Shown: positions 32,386 through 42,250 of the stretch, piece after piece
How the letters are laid out: each line of letters begins with the position of its first letter
Numbering within the stretch: the stretch's first letter is position 1
NCBI GenBank assembly: GCA_021791275.1
Contig: JAJYWX010000001.1
Coordinates: 1,113-65,112, forward strand
DNA length: 64,000 bases
Direction: 5' to 3'
From: a bacterium
GTDB lineage: Bacteria > Patescibacteriota > Dojkabacteria > JAKAPS01 > JAJZLI01
Position numbers and translations under genes: made by a program
Notes under the pieces: generated by a model
Told to the model about the DNA's origin: nothing
The model's database searches: none
Seen by the model: only the letters and a program-made list of their open reading frames with translations

Positions 32386-34239
32386 TTAATGATTACTAAA
32401 ATACCAGTTCATGAAATTTTTTACAACCTCTGCTGAATATGTACTAAGACCACCATTCTCTTCAAAAACAACCATAGCTATCTGAGGATTTTTAGATGGA
32501 GCAAATGAAGACATCCATGAATGAGAATGGTTATATCTATCACCTGATGTAGCTACATTTTCTACACCAAATTGAGCTGTTCCACTTTTTCCTGAATTAT
32601 CTGCAATTGTACTCTTCGCAGCAATATCTATCCCATCTTGGACTGCCATATACATACCTTGTTTTATAACATCTAAGTTTTTTGGGGAAACAAAACCTTC
32701 TCTTATTATTTTAGGTTTATATGTCTTTACCAACTTTCCTTGATAATTATATATATTCTTTATTATAGTAGGTTGCATTAATTTACCACCATTTGCTATA
32801 GCACTTATCCAATTAACAACTTGTATTGGAGTCACTTCTGTATATCCTTGACCTATGGCAGAATTTAGTAAATCCCCTGGAAGCCAAGATTGTCCAGTAA
32901 TTTCATATTTAGTTTTAGGATCAGCTATTATACCACTTACTTCCCCAGGAAGTTGTATATTCGTTTTTTGCCCTAATCCAAAATATTTTTCAAATTTAAC
33001 AAAATTATTTATCCCTATTTTCAATGCAGATTTAAAGGCAAAGACATTAATAGAATATTGTAAACATTTAACAATATCAGCAGATCCCCAATTAATTTTT
33101 GCATAGTTCTGAAAGGTTGTTCCATCATAAGTAAAGGTGCCAGGGACAGTAAAAACAGTATTTGGAGTAATTGCACCAGTCTGTAAACCAGCAGATAACA
33201 ATATAGTCTTCATTATTGATCCAACTGGTTGTTGCTCCGATATAGTACGATTTAAAAGTGGTGTATCAGGATTATTTAATAATTTATCATACTCAGTAGT
33301 ACTTATACCTGCCCCCTCAAAATCATTATTATTAAATGTAGGGTAACTAACCATCCCTAATATTTGTCCAGTATTTACATTTTCAACTATTGCCGCTGCA
33401 CCTGTAACATGATTAGGATTTGTTTTTATACTTTGTATAAGTAATTTCTGTAATTCACTTTGAATTCTTTCACTAATTGTTAATTGTATATTATCTCCAG
33501 GAACTGGCTGCTTCTCACCAAATTGGCTAACAACATTACCATAAGTGTTAATTTCATTTATTGTATATCCATCTTTGCCAGTTAAGTATTTATTCATACT
33601 CTCTTCAACTCCATACCTCCCAACAATATCAAATGGACTAACATTTTTTTCAGATAATAATTGTTGTTCACTTATTGGTCCTGTATAACCAATAATATGA
33701 GAAAATAAATTATTAAATTTAAATTTAATATATGAGTTGTCATTTACATTAACACCTTTAAGTCTAGAATCTGAAGAAATTAATATATCATTTTCCTTGC
33801 TAATATTTGTATCTATAGGTATTTCTACATAACCATTTTTCTTCCCAGTTTGTATTAATCTTGAAATCTTACTTTCTTTCATTCCTAATATTGGAGAGAG
33901 TATATTTATATCAGTATTAATCTGGTTCTCATTCAAATTTGAAATATTTATATAAACATTAAAGGATGGAACATTATATGAAAGTTGTTTCATGCCATTA
34001 CTGAATATTACCCCTCTAGGAGCAACAACAGTTTGAGTAATTAATTCATTATTCAAAGCAAGTTTATTATACTTATTATGATTTAATATTGATATATATA
34101 ATATATATAATAAAAAAATAATAAATATAAAAAAAATTATATATTTATAGAACTTAACAACAAAGTTTATATTTAGACTTTTATGGTCTCCATCGCCAGG
34201 AAATGTATTTAAATCTGAAATATCATCTATATTATTCAT
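32386..34239 (-). CDS. mrdA: penicillin-binding protein 2 (elongasome transpeptidase)
   Basis: 617 aa. N-terminal TM, SxxK-type motif (SIMKT), SxN and KSG(T) boxes; directly downstream of mreBCD. Confidence 0.82.
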   Translation of the reverse strand: MNNIDDISDLNTFPGDGDHKSLNINFVVKFYKYIIFFIFIIFLLYILYISILNHNKYNKLALNNELITQTVVAPRGVIFSNGMKQLSYNVPSFNVYINISNLNENQINTDINILSPILGMKESKISRLIQTGKKNGYVEIPIDTNISKENDILISSDSRLKGVNVNDNSYIKFKFNNLFSHIIGYTGPISEQQLLSEKNVSPFDIVGRYGVEESMNKYLTGKDGYTINEINTYGNVVSQFGEKQPVPGDNIQLTISERIQSELQKLLIQSIKTNPNHVTGAAAIVENVNTGQILGMVSYPTFNNNDFEGAGISTTEYDKLLNNPDTPLLNRTISEQQPVGSIMKTILLSAGLQTGAITPNTVFTVPGTFTYDGTTFQNYAKINWGSADIVKCLQYSINVFAFKSALKIGINNFVKFEKYFGLGQKTNIQLPGEVSGIIADPKTKYEITGQSWLPGDLLNSAIGQGYTEVTPIQVVNWISAIANGGKLMQPTIIKNIYNYQGKLVKTYKPKIIREGFVSPKNLDVIKQGMYMAVQDGIDIAAKSTIADNSGKSGTAQFGVENVATSGDRYNHSHSWMSSFAPSKNPQIAMVVFEENGGLSTYSAEVVKNFMNWYFSNH

Positions 34240-34241
34240 AA

Positions 34242-34739
34242 TTAAATATCTATCTTATACGCATTATCTCTATATTTTTTCTTAGAATAGAATAAATATA
34301 ATATTGAAGCATCTAATAAAATAACTATTATACAATAAATTATTAAACCAAAATTAATTTTGGAGAAAATACCAAATGAATAAGAATATATTATAAATAA
34401 TATATTAAAAATCAAACTTACAAATAAATACCCTAAAAAAGAAAGTATCTTCGTTGCTCTTAAATTTGAGAAAATATATATTACAAAAACTGGAATAAAG
34501 AAAATAATACTTGTAGAACCTATAGGTTTTAATAGATATAAATCTGTAATTACACCAAATATAAACGTTATTAAAAATACATATTTCCTTATTTTTTCAA
34601 AAAAATATAAAATTATTAGTAATACATATATTAAATTGAAAAGGATAATTGAGGTATATATCAAACTCAATATACCGCTGCTAAAAAGTGCTAATATTAT
34701 TAGCAATATAATATATGTCGCAAATAGAGTCTTATCCAT
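34242..34739 (-). CDS. mreD: rod shape-determining protein MreD (tentative)
   Basis: 165 aa polytopic membrane protein in the canonical mreB-mreC-mreD-pbp2 position. Overlaps mreC by 8 nt. Confidence 0.5.
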   Translation of the reverse strand: MDKTLFATYIILLIILALFSSGILSLIYTSIILFNLIYVLLIILYFFEKIRKYVFLITFIFGVITDLYLLKPIGSTSIIFFIPVFVIYIFSNLRATKILSFLGYLFVSLIFNILFIIYSYSFGIFSKINFGLIIYCIIVILLDASILYLFYSKKKYRDNAYKIDI

Positions 34740-35532
34740 ATTTTAATACGAAAACAGAATTTAAGTTATTAATATTAATAGCAGAATCAACACTTACAAC
34801 TTTAAATAAACTACTACTAGGACCATTTATTCCATTTATATAACCAATTATCAAATTTTTAGGCAAAGTCCCATTTAATCCAGAAGTTAAGACAATATCT
34901 CCAATGTGTACATTATCCAACTGAGTAATATCTTCCAACACTAGTCCACTAGAAAGACTTCCACTTAGTATTGCATTATTTTTATTAACAATAACAGGAA
35001 TATTTGTATTTATATTAGATATTAATCTAACTTTAGAATAATTATTATACGTTTTTGAAATTGTACCTACTAAATAATTCTTAAATATAACTGGATCGCC
35101 AACCTGAACACCCTGAGAAACGCCAGTATTTATATATGTGTAACCAAAAGTATTATTAAAATACATTATTTGAGAATAAATATAAGTACTTTTATTTTTC
35201 GAAGGAATATACCCTAACTGTTTTTTTAGAGCAATATTTTCATTTTTATATAAATTCAATTGAAATTCTAAAGATTTATATTTATATATACTATCCTCTA
35301 AGCTAGCATTTTTCCTTTCTATTGAATTTATATTATTTAAAGCACTTAAAAAGGTTCCTAAATTATAAGAAAATGATTCAGTTGAGACTCTCACTGGGGT
35401 TATAATTGGATCAAAAAAATTATATAGATATGCAAACCTAATTGTAAATAAGATTAGAAGTATATCTAATAATATATAGATAAAAAGACTATTAAAAAAT
35501 ATACCCTTATTATTTTTTTTTACCTTAACCAT
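34732..35532 (-). CDS. mreC: rod shape-determining protein MreC
   Basis: 266 aa. N-terminal TM, coiled-coil, C-terminal beta domains; follows mreB. Confidence 0.75.
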   Translation of the reverse strand: MVKVKKNNKGIFFNSLFIYILLDILLILFTIRFAYLYNFFDPIITPVRVSTESFSYNLGTFLSALNNINSIERKNASLEDSIYKYKSLEFQLNLYKNENIALKKQLGYIPSKNKSTYIYSQIMYFNNTFGYTYINTGVSQGVQVGDPVIFKNYLVGTISKTYNNYSKVRLISNINTNIPVIVNKNNAILSGSLSSGLVLEDITQLDNVHIGDIVLTSGLNGTLPKNLIIGYINGINGPSSSLFKVVSVDSAININNLNSVFVLKYG

Positions 35533-35535
35533 ATT

Positions 35536-36594
35536 TTATACATATGTATCTGAATCAGAAGAATTAATTGATTTCAATAAATCTATATCTTCTAAAATTT
35601 TAGCAGTACCTATAACAACGCTTTTAAGTGGATCATCTGCAACTACAAAAGGTACTTTTATTTTTTCTGAAAATAATTTTTTTATCCCACGGATAAGTGC
35701 TCCTCCTCCAGTAATATAAATTCCCCTTTCTGTTATATCAGAAACTAATTCTGGTGGAGTTTCTTCTAATGCATCATATATTGCTTCAATTATTATATTT
35801 AAGGAATTACTCATAGCTTCCCTTACTTCAGCCTCAGATATTGTTACTACCTTTGGCAAACCCAATAATATATCCCTACCTTTTATCTCAATTTTTTTGT
35901 TCTCTTTCCCCGGATATGCATTTCCTAAATTTATCTTTATTTTTTCAGCAGAAGTTTCTCCTATAAGCAGATTATATTTACCACGAACATAATTTATTAT
36001 ATCGTGAGTCAATTCATCTCCAGCTACCCTAATAGATTTGTCTACAACTATACCACCTAATGATATAACTGCAATATCTGAAGTTCCTCCACCTATATCT
36101 ACAATAAAGGATCCGGTAGCTTCAGTTATAGGTAGATCACAACCAATTGCAGCTGCCATTGGCTCTTCTATCAAATAAACATTTCTTGCTCCTGCTGAAA
36201 TTGCAGCATCTATGACTGCCTTCCTTTCTACCTCTGTTATGGCAGAAGGAATACCAATAACAACCCTAGGCCTAGCTATTTTGAAAAATTTTTGAGAATC
36301 TTTGTGTACTTTTTCTATGAAATAATGTATCATTTCCTTTGTAGACTCGAAATCTGATATCACCCCATCTTTTAAAGGCCTTATAGCTATAATAGATGCA
36401 GGAGTCCTTCCTAACATTTTTTGAGCATCATAACCAACAGAAAGAATTTCCTTGGTTTTAGTATTCATTGCAACAACAGAAGGTTCAGAAATACTAACAC
36501 CTTGATTTCTTACAAAAATTAAAGTATTAGCAGTACCTAAATCGATGCCTATATCAAAAGTAAAAATGTTCCAAAAAAAATCTGAAAATGCCAT
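35536..36594 (-). CDS. mreB: rod shape-determining actin homologue MreB
   Basis: 352 aa. DLGTANT phosphate-1 loop, EEPMAAAIG, VDIGGGTSD phosphate-2 loop (catalytic Asp present), GGGALIRG adenosine motif. Confidence 0.95.
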   Translation of the reverse strand: MAFSDFFWNIFTFDIGIDLGTANTLIFVRNQGVSISEPSVVAMNTKTKEILSVGYDAQKMLGRTPASIIAIRPLKDGVISDFESTKEMIHYFIEKVHKDSQKFFKIARPRVVIGIPSAITEVERKAVIDAAISAGARNVYLIEEPMAAAIGCDLPITEATGSFIVDIGGGTSDIAVISLGGIVVDKSIRVAGDELTHDIINYVRGKYNLLIGETSAEKIKINLGNAYPGKENKKIEIKGRDILLGLPKVVTISEAEVREAMSNSLNIIIEAIYDALEETPPELVSDITERGIYITGGGALIRGIKKLFSEKIKVPFVVADDPLKSVVIGTAKILEDIDLLKSINSSDSDTYV

Positions 36595-36847
36595 AATATA
36601 TATAAATAATGCGATAACATTGTAACATTAAACTGAAAGATAGTAAAATGTTCGAGCTAGCTTATGAAAAAGTTTACCGAGGGTATAATCATTAGATCAT
36701 AGAAGTGTTACCATACTCCTTAAATAATTTTATCTAAGGGAAATGATATAGATAGTAAAACTTTTATCTTATTACATACAAATTAAAAGAGAAAATATAT
36801 GATGATTCAGATAAACTATTAAGGTGGAAATATTATCAATTCTTAAT

Positions 36848-37567
36848 TTAAAATATTATAGATTTTAATATTAAATTTAGGGTTTGATTTATTGTGGAAG
36901 ATGGGAAATTAGATACTAAAGATATATTAGGCAGTATAAAACTTATAAATATCGTATGGTTTCCTATATTAATAGTTGCTGGGGATACAATACTCTTAAA
37001 AGTTGTTCCAGACTGATCTTTTATAGAGGAAGGCAATGCACCGCCTATTTCTATATTAGAAAAAGATGTTATACATGTATTATTGACAACTTCATATTGA
37101 AATCCCATTTGGGTTTCACATCCTAAAGTCTTACTATTTATGTAATATTTATAATAAGAGGTAGAGTTGATATTTATAATTGAATTTTTTGCAATTATTT
37201 GTTCTCCTCCTGATGCAAATGTCAAAGTAGATATTTCTGAATATTGAAATTTATATCCATTAGGAGATGTTGCTGTTATAACATCTGTATTATTTTGTGT
37301 ATTCGAACTAATTACCCAGCTTGAAGGATATTTAAAAGAATAACCATAAGTGGGGTTAGTATAAGTTAACCAACCTTTATATGGATTAACAACTGTATTT
37401 GTCTTTGGAGTTGTGTTCTTTAAAGTTACTGTACTTGTTGAAGATTTTTTAAAAGCAATGATATAAAATATTAATCCTAGAGTTATAAGAAGAAGTAATA
37501 ACAATATAAGCATTGTATCCACTTGCCATCTTTTAATACCACCAGTATTATCTGTATTCTTTTCCAT
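36848..37567 (-). CDS. hypothetical single-pass membrane/secreted protein, S/T/N-rich ectodomain
   Basis: 239 aa. N-terminal TM (LILLLLLLITLGLIFYIIAF). No recognisable motifs. Confidence 0.4.
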   Translation of the reverse strand: MEKNTDNTGGIKRWQVDTMLILLLLLLITLGLIFYIIAFKKSSTSTVTLKNTTPKTNTVVNPYKGWLTYTNPTYGYSFKYPSSWVISSNTQNNTDVITATSPNGYKFQYSEISTLTFASGGEQIIAKNSIININSTSYYKYYINSKTLGCETQMGFQYEVVNNTCITSFSNIEIGGALPSSIKDQSGTTFKSIVSPATINIGNHTIFISFILPNISLVSNFPSSTINQTLNLILKSIIF

Positions 37568-37898
37568 TTATTTATACTATTATAAACTTTAGAATTTAAG
37601 AATACAACTAACTGGGCAATAGTCGGAGCCACCCTGAGTCTGATGTATTTTCTAAATTATCACATATATTCAATCTATAAAGGCGTACTGATTGGCGAAA
37701 TCAGGAAAATCACTATTCCACTCTAGATATGATAAACTTAAAGGAAAGAATAGATAATAAATTAGAAGAACTATATAAAGTATCTAAGAAAAAAAGAACA
37801 AAAAATGAAAATAAATAATAAATTTAAAGTGTCTCCTGGGAACATTATTTTTGATTTAACCAAGCACTCTCGGGAGCATATCCATTTGATCTAATACG

Positions 37899-39860
37899 AT
37901 GTTTTATAAAGTATTTGTAAAAACTAAATTAAAAATTAACCAACCATTAATATACAAATATAACACTGATTTAGAAATTGGTGATATTGTACTTATTCCA
38001 TTAGGTAAAAATCATTCAATTGGTGTAATTGTTAATAAATTTAAAGAGAAACCCCAATTTCAATTTAAAATAAAAAATATAATAAAGAATTTAAATGATG
38101 ATTATATAAAATTAAATATAATAGAACTGAAGATCATCAAATATTTAATTCAAGAATATAATTCTACAGTAAATAATGTATTACAATTATATTTAACTCC
38201 TAGATTATTAGATATAAAAACTTCCCCCTATAAAAAGATAACTTCCGAAAACATAACATTAACTAATGAACAGACCCAAGTATTTAATAAAATAATAAAT
38301 GAAGAAAACATTAATAAGCATATACTCTTTGGTCGAACAGGAAGTGGTAAGACAGAAATATATATAAAATTAATTAAAGAATATATTAAAAATGGAAAAC
38401 AGGTATTATTATTAATCCCAGATATATCATTAACATCTCAAATATATTCTAAAATAGGCAATTCATTCGATAAAAATGAAATATCAGTAATACATAGTAA
38501 AATAAGTAAAAAAAATAGGATAAAAGAAAATAATCTAATTAGGACAGGTGAAAAAAAAATTATTATTGGAGCCAGATCTGCTATATTCTCACGATTTAAT
38601 AATCTTGGATTAATTATAATAGATGAATTTCAAGATACAAGCTTCAAACAAGAAAAGGATCCTAGATATGACTGTATTAAATTGGCAGAATATTTAACTA
38701 GTATTATAAAGGGAAAAATCCTATTGGGTAGTGCAACTCCAAGAATTGACATTTATTATAAATATCTAAATGATAAAAAAAATTGTTCAATATTAAAATT
38801 AAAACATAAATATTCTGAAGGCAAGAATCTTGATATTGATGTGAAAATCATTAACCTACAAGAAGATATTAATAAAAATAGAAATTTTATTTTATCTAAA
38901 GAATTAAAAGAATCACTATTAAATATGATAAGAGGAAAGGATAAAGCATTATTATATATTAATAGAAGAGGATTTTCTCCGATTGCTTTATGTAAAAAAT
39001 GTTTATACATCAATAAGTGTCCCAGATGCGAAATACCTTTAAATATACATCTAGAACAAAATAGATATGCTTTTATATGCCACCATTGTGAATTTAGAAA
39101 AATTGCGGATAATATAAATTGCCCTATTTGTAAGAATGATAATATAAAATTTTATGGATTTGGAACTCAAACTGTAAAGAAAGAAATTGATGAATTATTA
39201 ATTAAAAATAAAGTAAAATTAAATACCTTTATATTGGATAAAGACTCTAATAAAGATATCGGACTTTATGAAAAATTAAGTAATGTTGATATAATAATTG
39301 GAACTCAAATAATTACAAAAGGTTGGGACTTCGATAATGTTACACTAATAGGAATATTAAATGCTGACCTAGACTTTTCTTTTCCTGATTACAGAGGAAT
39401 TGAAGATTCTTATGAAAAATTTATACAAATAATAGGAAGAACAGGAAGAAAGAATAACATAGGAAAAGTTATTATACAAACATATAATTCAAATAATCCA
39501 CTTTTAGCAGATATTCAAAAAGAAGATTTTGAAGACTTTTTTAGTAAAGAAATTAAGTTCAGGAAGAGGTTTAAATATCCACCATTTTCTAAATTAATAA
39601 AAATAACAATCAAGTCAAAAAATGAAGATACTCTCAATAAAAAGGCCATTGATTTTTATAATAAAATATTAATGTTAAGAACAAATAATATTATTTATTA
39701 TCCCAATAATTCTTATCCTTATAAAAAAAATTATATCTATAGAAAAAATATAATAATTAAAATAATAGATGAAGAGGATAAGATGAAATACTTCCTTAGA
39801 AAAGAATTATCAAATGAAAAGGATATAGTTATAGATGTTGACCCTATAAATCTAAGTTAA
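37899..39860 (+). CDS. priA: primosomal protein N' (replication-restart helicase PriA)
   Basis: 653 aa. Walker A GRTGSGKT, DExx-type IIIDEFQD, cysteine-rich zinc module (CKKC...CPRC...CHHC...CPIC). Confidence 0.9.
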   Translation: MFYKVFVKTKLKINQPLIYKYNTDLEIGDIVLIPLGKNHSIGVIVNKFKEKPQFQFKIKNIIKNLNDDYIKLNIIELKIIKYLIQEYNSTVNNVLQLYLTPRLLDIKTSPYKKITSENITLTNEQTQVFNKIINEENINKHILFGRTGSGKTEIYIKLIKEYIKNGKQVLLLIPDISLTSQIYSKIGNSFDKNEISVIHSKISKKNRIKENNLIRTGEKKIIIGARSAIFSRFNNLGLIIIDEFQDTSFKQEKDPRYDCIKLAEYLTSIIKGKILLGSATPRIDIYYKYLNDKKNCSILKLKHKYSEGKNLDIDVKIINLQEDINKNRNFILSKELKESLLNMIRGKDKALLYINRRGFSPIALCKKCLYINKCPRCEIPLNIHLEQNRYAFICHHCEFRKIADNINCPICKNDNIKFYGFGTQTVKKEIDELLIKNKVKLNTFILDKDSNKDIGLYEKLSNVDIIIGTQIITKGWDFDNVTLIGILNADLDFSFPDYRGIEDSYEKFIQIIGRTGRKNNIGKVIIQTYNSNNPLLADIQKEDFEDFFSKEIKFRKRFKYPPFSKLIKITIKSKNEDTLNKKAIDFYNKILMLRTNNIIYYPNNSYPYKKNYIYRKNIIIKIIDEEDKMKYFLRKELSNEKDIVIDVDPINLS

Positions 39861-40073
39861 TTACTTATTTCTTAATGTACGATAACATCTAGTACAAATC
39901 TTTATTTTTAATGAAGATTGGCTATCACCAATATTAACTCGAAGGTTCCTTAAATTTGGATAGGATTTGCTTTTAGTTTTAGGAGCTCTTTTAGCCCATC
40001 CACCACTTTGTTTATGGCTTATATTTGTAACCGTTATGTAGCCTTTACTACATATATCACAAGTTCTTGACAT
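39861..40073 (-). CDS. rpmB: 50S ribosomal protein L28 (zinc-ribbon form)
   Basis: 70 aa. MSRTCDICSKG...CTRC gives a C4 pattern. Its stop codon abuts the priA stop with zero gap (convergent). Confidence 0.82.
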   Translation of the reverse strand: MSRTCDICSKGYITVTNISHKQSGGWAKRAPKTKSKSYPNLRNLRVNIGDSQSSLKIKICTRCYRTLRNK

Positions 40074-40125
40074 AGAATATTAAGATAAAGTAACAAATAG
40101 CTATGGTATAATAAAAAAAGTTTTT

Positions 40126-40758
40126 ATGCAAGGTCAAATAATACTCAACATTATACTTTTAGCTATTATTATAATAATTAGCATTTCCTTCCACGAGTTT
40201 AGCCACTCAATAATGGCATATATATTGGGAGATAGTACTGCAAAAGATCAAGGGAGATTAACACTGGATCCAACAAAACATATAACTATTTGGGGTTTAA
40301 TTTTTATGGTATTAACAGGATTTAGATTTGGATGGGGAAAACCCACACCGATTAATCCAAATAATTTAAAAAATAAATACTTATACATATTAATAATTGC
40401 TTTAGCAGGACCTATATCAAATATAATCCTTGCTCTATTTTTTGCATTACTATTAAAAATTAATATCTATGGAGATCTTACTAATTCAAAGATATTATAT
40501 ATTATAAACTACTTTATAATAATTAATGTAAGCTTAGCTATATTTAATCTAATACCAATACCACCACTAGATGGAGGGAACATATTAAATTTTATATTTA
40601 AAAAATCCTCAATAGAAGATTTCCTTTATAAATATGGTATATATATCCTTATAATAATGATATTACCTATAATCCCAATTAATGGATATGAATCATTAAT
40701 ACAAGTTATTATTACACCAATAATAAATTTCATATATACCATATTAATATTCCTGTAA
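40126..40758 (+). CDS. small M50/site-2-protease-family zinc metalloprotease (no PDZ)
   Basis: 210 aa. HEFSH (HExxH) in TM1 and NLIPIPPLDGG second motif. Confidence 0.65.
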   Translation: MQGQIILNIILLAIIIIISISFHEFSHSIMAYILGDSTAKDQGRLTLDPTKHITIWGLIFMVLTGFRFGWGKPTPINPNNLKNKYLYILIIALAGPISNIILALFFALLLKINIYGDLTNSKILYIINYFIIINVSLAIFNLIPIPPLDGGNILNFIFKKSSIEDFLYKYGIYILIIMILPIIPINGYESLIQVIITPIINFIYTILIFL

Positions 40759-40919
40759 AATTGATATAATCCTAAAGGGTTCATCAATTTAATAAAATTG
40801 ATTTAACAATTATATTTTTTAAAAAACAAATAATATATTTCTGTGGAAAATATTTGAGTTTTTATTTTTGGTTTTTTTATAAATCAATTTTTGTCCTTGG
40901 TGAACCCGTTTAGACTCAA

Positions 40920-40948
40920 TTGATAAAAATGACTTTATTATGTAAAAT
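40920..40948 (+). promoter_or_regulatory. sigma-70-type promoter for the tRNA-rpmG-secE-nusG-rplKA cluster (TTGATA-17-TGTAAAAT)
   Basis: TTGATA at 40920-40925, 17-nt spacer, extended -10 TGTAAAAT at 40941-40948, about 17 nt before tRNA-Thr. Confidence 0.45.
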
Positions 40949-40965
40949 CAAATACTATTGATTGA

Positions 40966-41037
40966 GCCTTCTTAGCTCAGCGGTAGAGCAGCTGTTTTGT
41001 AAACAGCAGGTCGTCAGTTCGAATCTGACAGGAGGCT
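40966..41037 (+). tRNA. tRNA-Thr (anticodon UGU)
   Basis: Cloverleaf: acceptor GCCTTCT/AGGAGGC, D-arm GCTC-AGCGGTA-GAGC, anticodon loop TTTGTAA, T-arm GTCAG-TTCGAAT-CTGAC. Confidence 0.85.
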
Positions 41038-41049
41038 ATCAAGGCTTAT

Positions 41050-41133
41050 GCAGAGATGGCGGAGTGGACAATCGCGGCTGACTGTAAATCAGTTGCCATT
41101 ATGGCTACGGAGGTTCGAATCCTTCTCTCTGCA
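41050..41133 (+). tRNA. tRNA-Tyr (anticodon GUA), long variable arm
   Basis: Acceptor GCAGAGA/TCTCTGC, anticodon loop CTGTAAA, long variable arm TGCCATTATGGCTAC, T-arm GGAGG-TTCGAAT-CCTTC. Confidence 0.85.
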
Positions 41134-41137
41134 TTAA

Positions 41138-41210
41138 GCCTAGGTAGCTCAGTTGGTAGAGCATTCCCATGGTAAGGGAAAGGTCAGCGGTTCAATCCCG
41201 CTTCTAGGCT
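41138..41210 (+). tRNA. tRNA-Thr (anticodon GGU)
   Basis: Acceptor GCCTAGG/TCTAGGC, D-arm GCTC-AGTTGGTA-GAGC, anticodon loop ATGGTAA, T-arm AGCGG-TTCAATC-CCGCT, followed by a T-run. Confidence 0.85.
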
Positions 41211-41235
41211 TTTTTATTTTATAATGAATAATTAT

Positions 41236-41400
41236 ATGGCTGCAAAAGAAAATAGAAGATATATAAATTTTGAATGTACAGTATGTAAAGAGAAAAATTA
41301 TACATCTGAAAAAAATTTTGTAAATGATACTGAAAAAATAGAAATTTCGAAATTTTGCCCTAGGTGTAAAAAACATACTTTACATAAAGAAGTAAAATAA
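41236..41400 (+). CDS. rpmG: 50S ribosomal protein L33 (zinc-ribbon form); below the 60-aa cutoff of the ORF track
   Basis: Manual translation: MAAKENRRYINFECTVCKEKNYTSEKNFVNDTEKIEISKFCPRCKKHTLHKEVK (54 aa). CxxC...CxxC ribbon; conserved position upstream of tRNA-Trp/secE/nusG. Confidence 0.8.
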   Translation: MAAKENRRYINFECTVCKEKNYTSEKNFVNDTEKIEISKFCPRCKKHTLHKEVK

Positions 41401-41471
41401 GGGTTCATAGTTCAATGGTAGAACATTGGTCTCCAAAACCAATAATGGGGGTTCAATTCCCTCTGAACCTG
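41401..41471 (+). tRNA. tRNA-Trp (anticodon CCA)
   Basis: Begins immediately after the rpmG stop. Acceptor GGGTTCA/TGAACCT (G1:U72), anticodon loop CTCCAAA, T-arm GGGGG-TTCAATT-CCCTC. Confidence 0.85.
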
Positions 41472-41521
41472 GTTAATTATTGATATAATATAAAATATTT
41501 GATAACATCCATATATTACAA

Positions 41522-41698
41522 ATGAATTTATTTAAATTTTTAAAAGAAGTTTTTGTTGAACTAAAGAATACTAAGTGGTATACAGGAAGAGATTTATATA
41601 ATTCAACAATATTAATAATCATCTTATCTATTAGTATTAGTCTTATACTATTTGGTATTGATGTTTTATTTCAAAAGCTTTTACTATTAGTATTATGA
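41522..41698 (+). CDS. secE: preprotein translocase subunit SecE (58 aa, single TM); below ORF-track cutoff
   Basis: Manual translation: [58 protein letters not shown]. The TGA stop overlaps the nusG ATG (ATGA). Confidence 0.75.
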   Translation: MNLFKFLKEVFVELKNTKWYTGRDLYNSTILIIILSISISLILFGIDVLFQKLLLLVL

Positions 41699-42240
41699 AA
41701 AGTAAAGAAAGTAATAAAAATTTTAAATGGTATGCTGTAAATGTTTTTACATCACATGAAAAAAAGGTTGCATTAATAATTAAACAAAGAGCTGAGACAG
41801 CAAATCTAGGAGATAAAATTGAAGATATCGTTATCCCTACTCAAAATAAAACTGTTATAACAGATGGGAAAAAGAAACAAATTAAAGAAAAAATACTTCC
41901 AGGTTATATACTAATAAAAATGGATTTGGATAAAGATACTTGGCCAATAATTAGAGATACTCAAGGAGTTACAGGATTTGTTGGTTCAGGAAATAACCCA
42001 ACCCCTCTAGAAGAAAATGAAGTACAAGCAATACTTAAATTCATGGAATTAGAAACTCCTGCAATTCAAACTTCATTTAATGTTGGAGATGCTATAATGG
42101 TTACAGATGGTGCTTTCAAAGATTTTAATGGTAAAGTAAATGAGGTAAATGAAGAAAAAGGTAAAGTTAAGGTTTTAATCTCAATATTTGGGAGAGAAAC
42201 CCCAGTAGAACTAGATCTAATGCAAATAAAACTTATTTAA
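41695..42240 (+). CDS. nusG: transcription termination/antitermination factor NusG
   Basis: 181 aa. NGN domain ([15 protein letters not shown]) and C-terminal KOW. Confidence 0.9.
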   Translation: MKSKESNKNFKWYAVNVFTSHEKKVALIIKQRAETANLGDKIEDIVIPTQNKTVITDGKKKQIKEKILPGYILIKMDLDKDTWPIIRDTQGVTGFVGSGNNPTPLEENEVQAILKFMELETPAIQTSFNVGDAIMVTDGAFKDFNGKVNEVNEEKGKVKVLISIFGRETPVELDLMQIKLI

Positions 42241-42250
42241 ATTAACAAAT

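Noticed and set aside
37805-37894. 29-codon ORF (MKINNKFKVSPGNIIFDLTKHSREHIHLI) ending 4 nt before priA, considered as a leader peptide
   Set aside because: No SD, no recognisable family, and too short to support without conservation. Kept only as a note in the findings.
40784-40801. AT-only hairpin TCAATTT-aata-AAATTGA downstream of the M50 protease gene as a terminator
   Set aside because: The stem is entirely A/T (weak) and not followed by a clean U-tract. It is more likely chance symmetry in AT-rich DNA.
41149-41376. 75-aa minus-strand ORF in the track
   Set aside because: It overlaps tRNA-Thr(GGU) and the real plus-strand rpmG (L33), so it is spurious.
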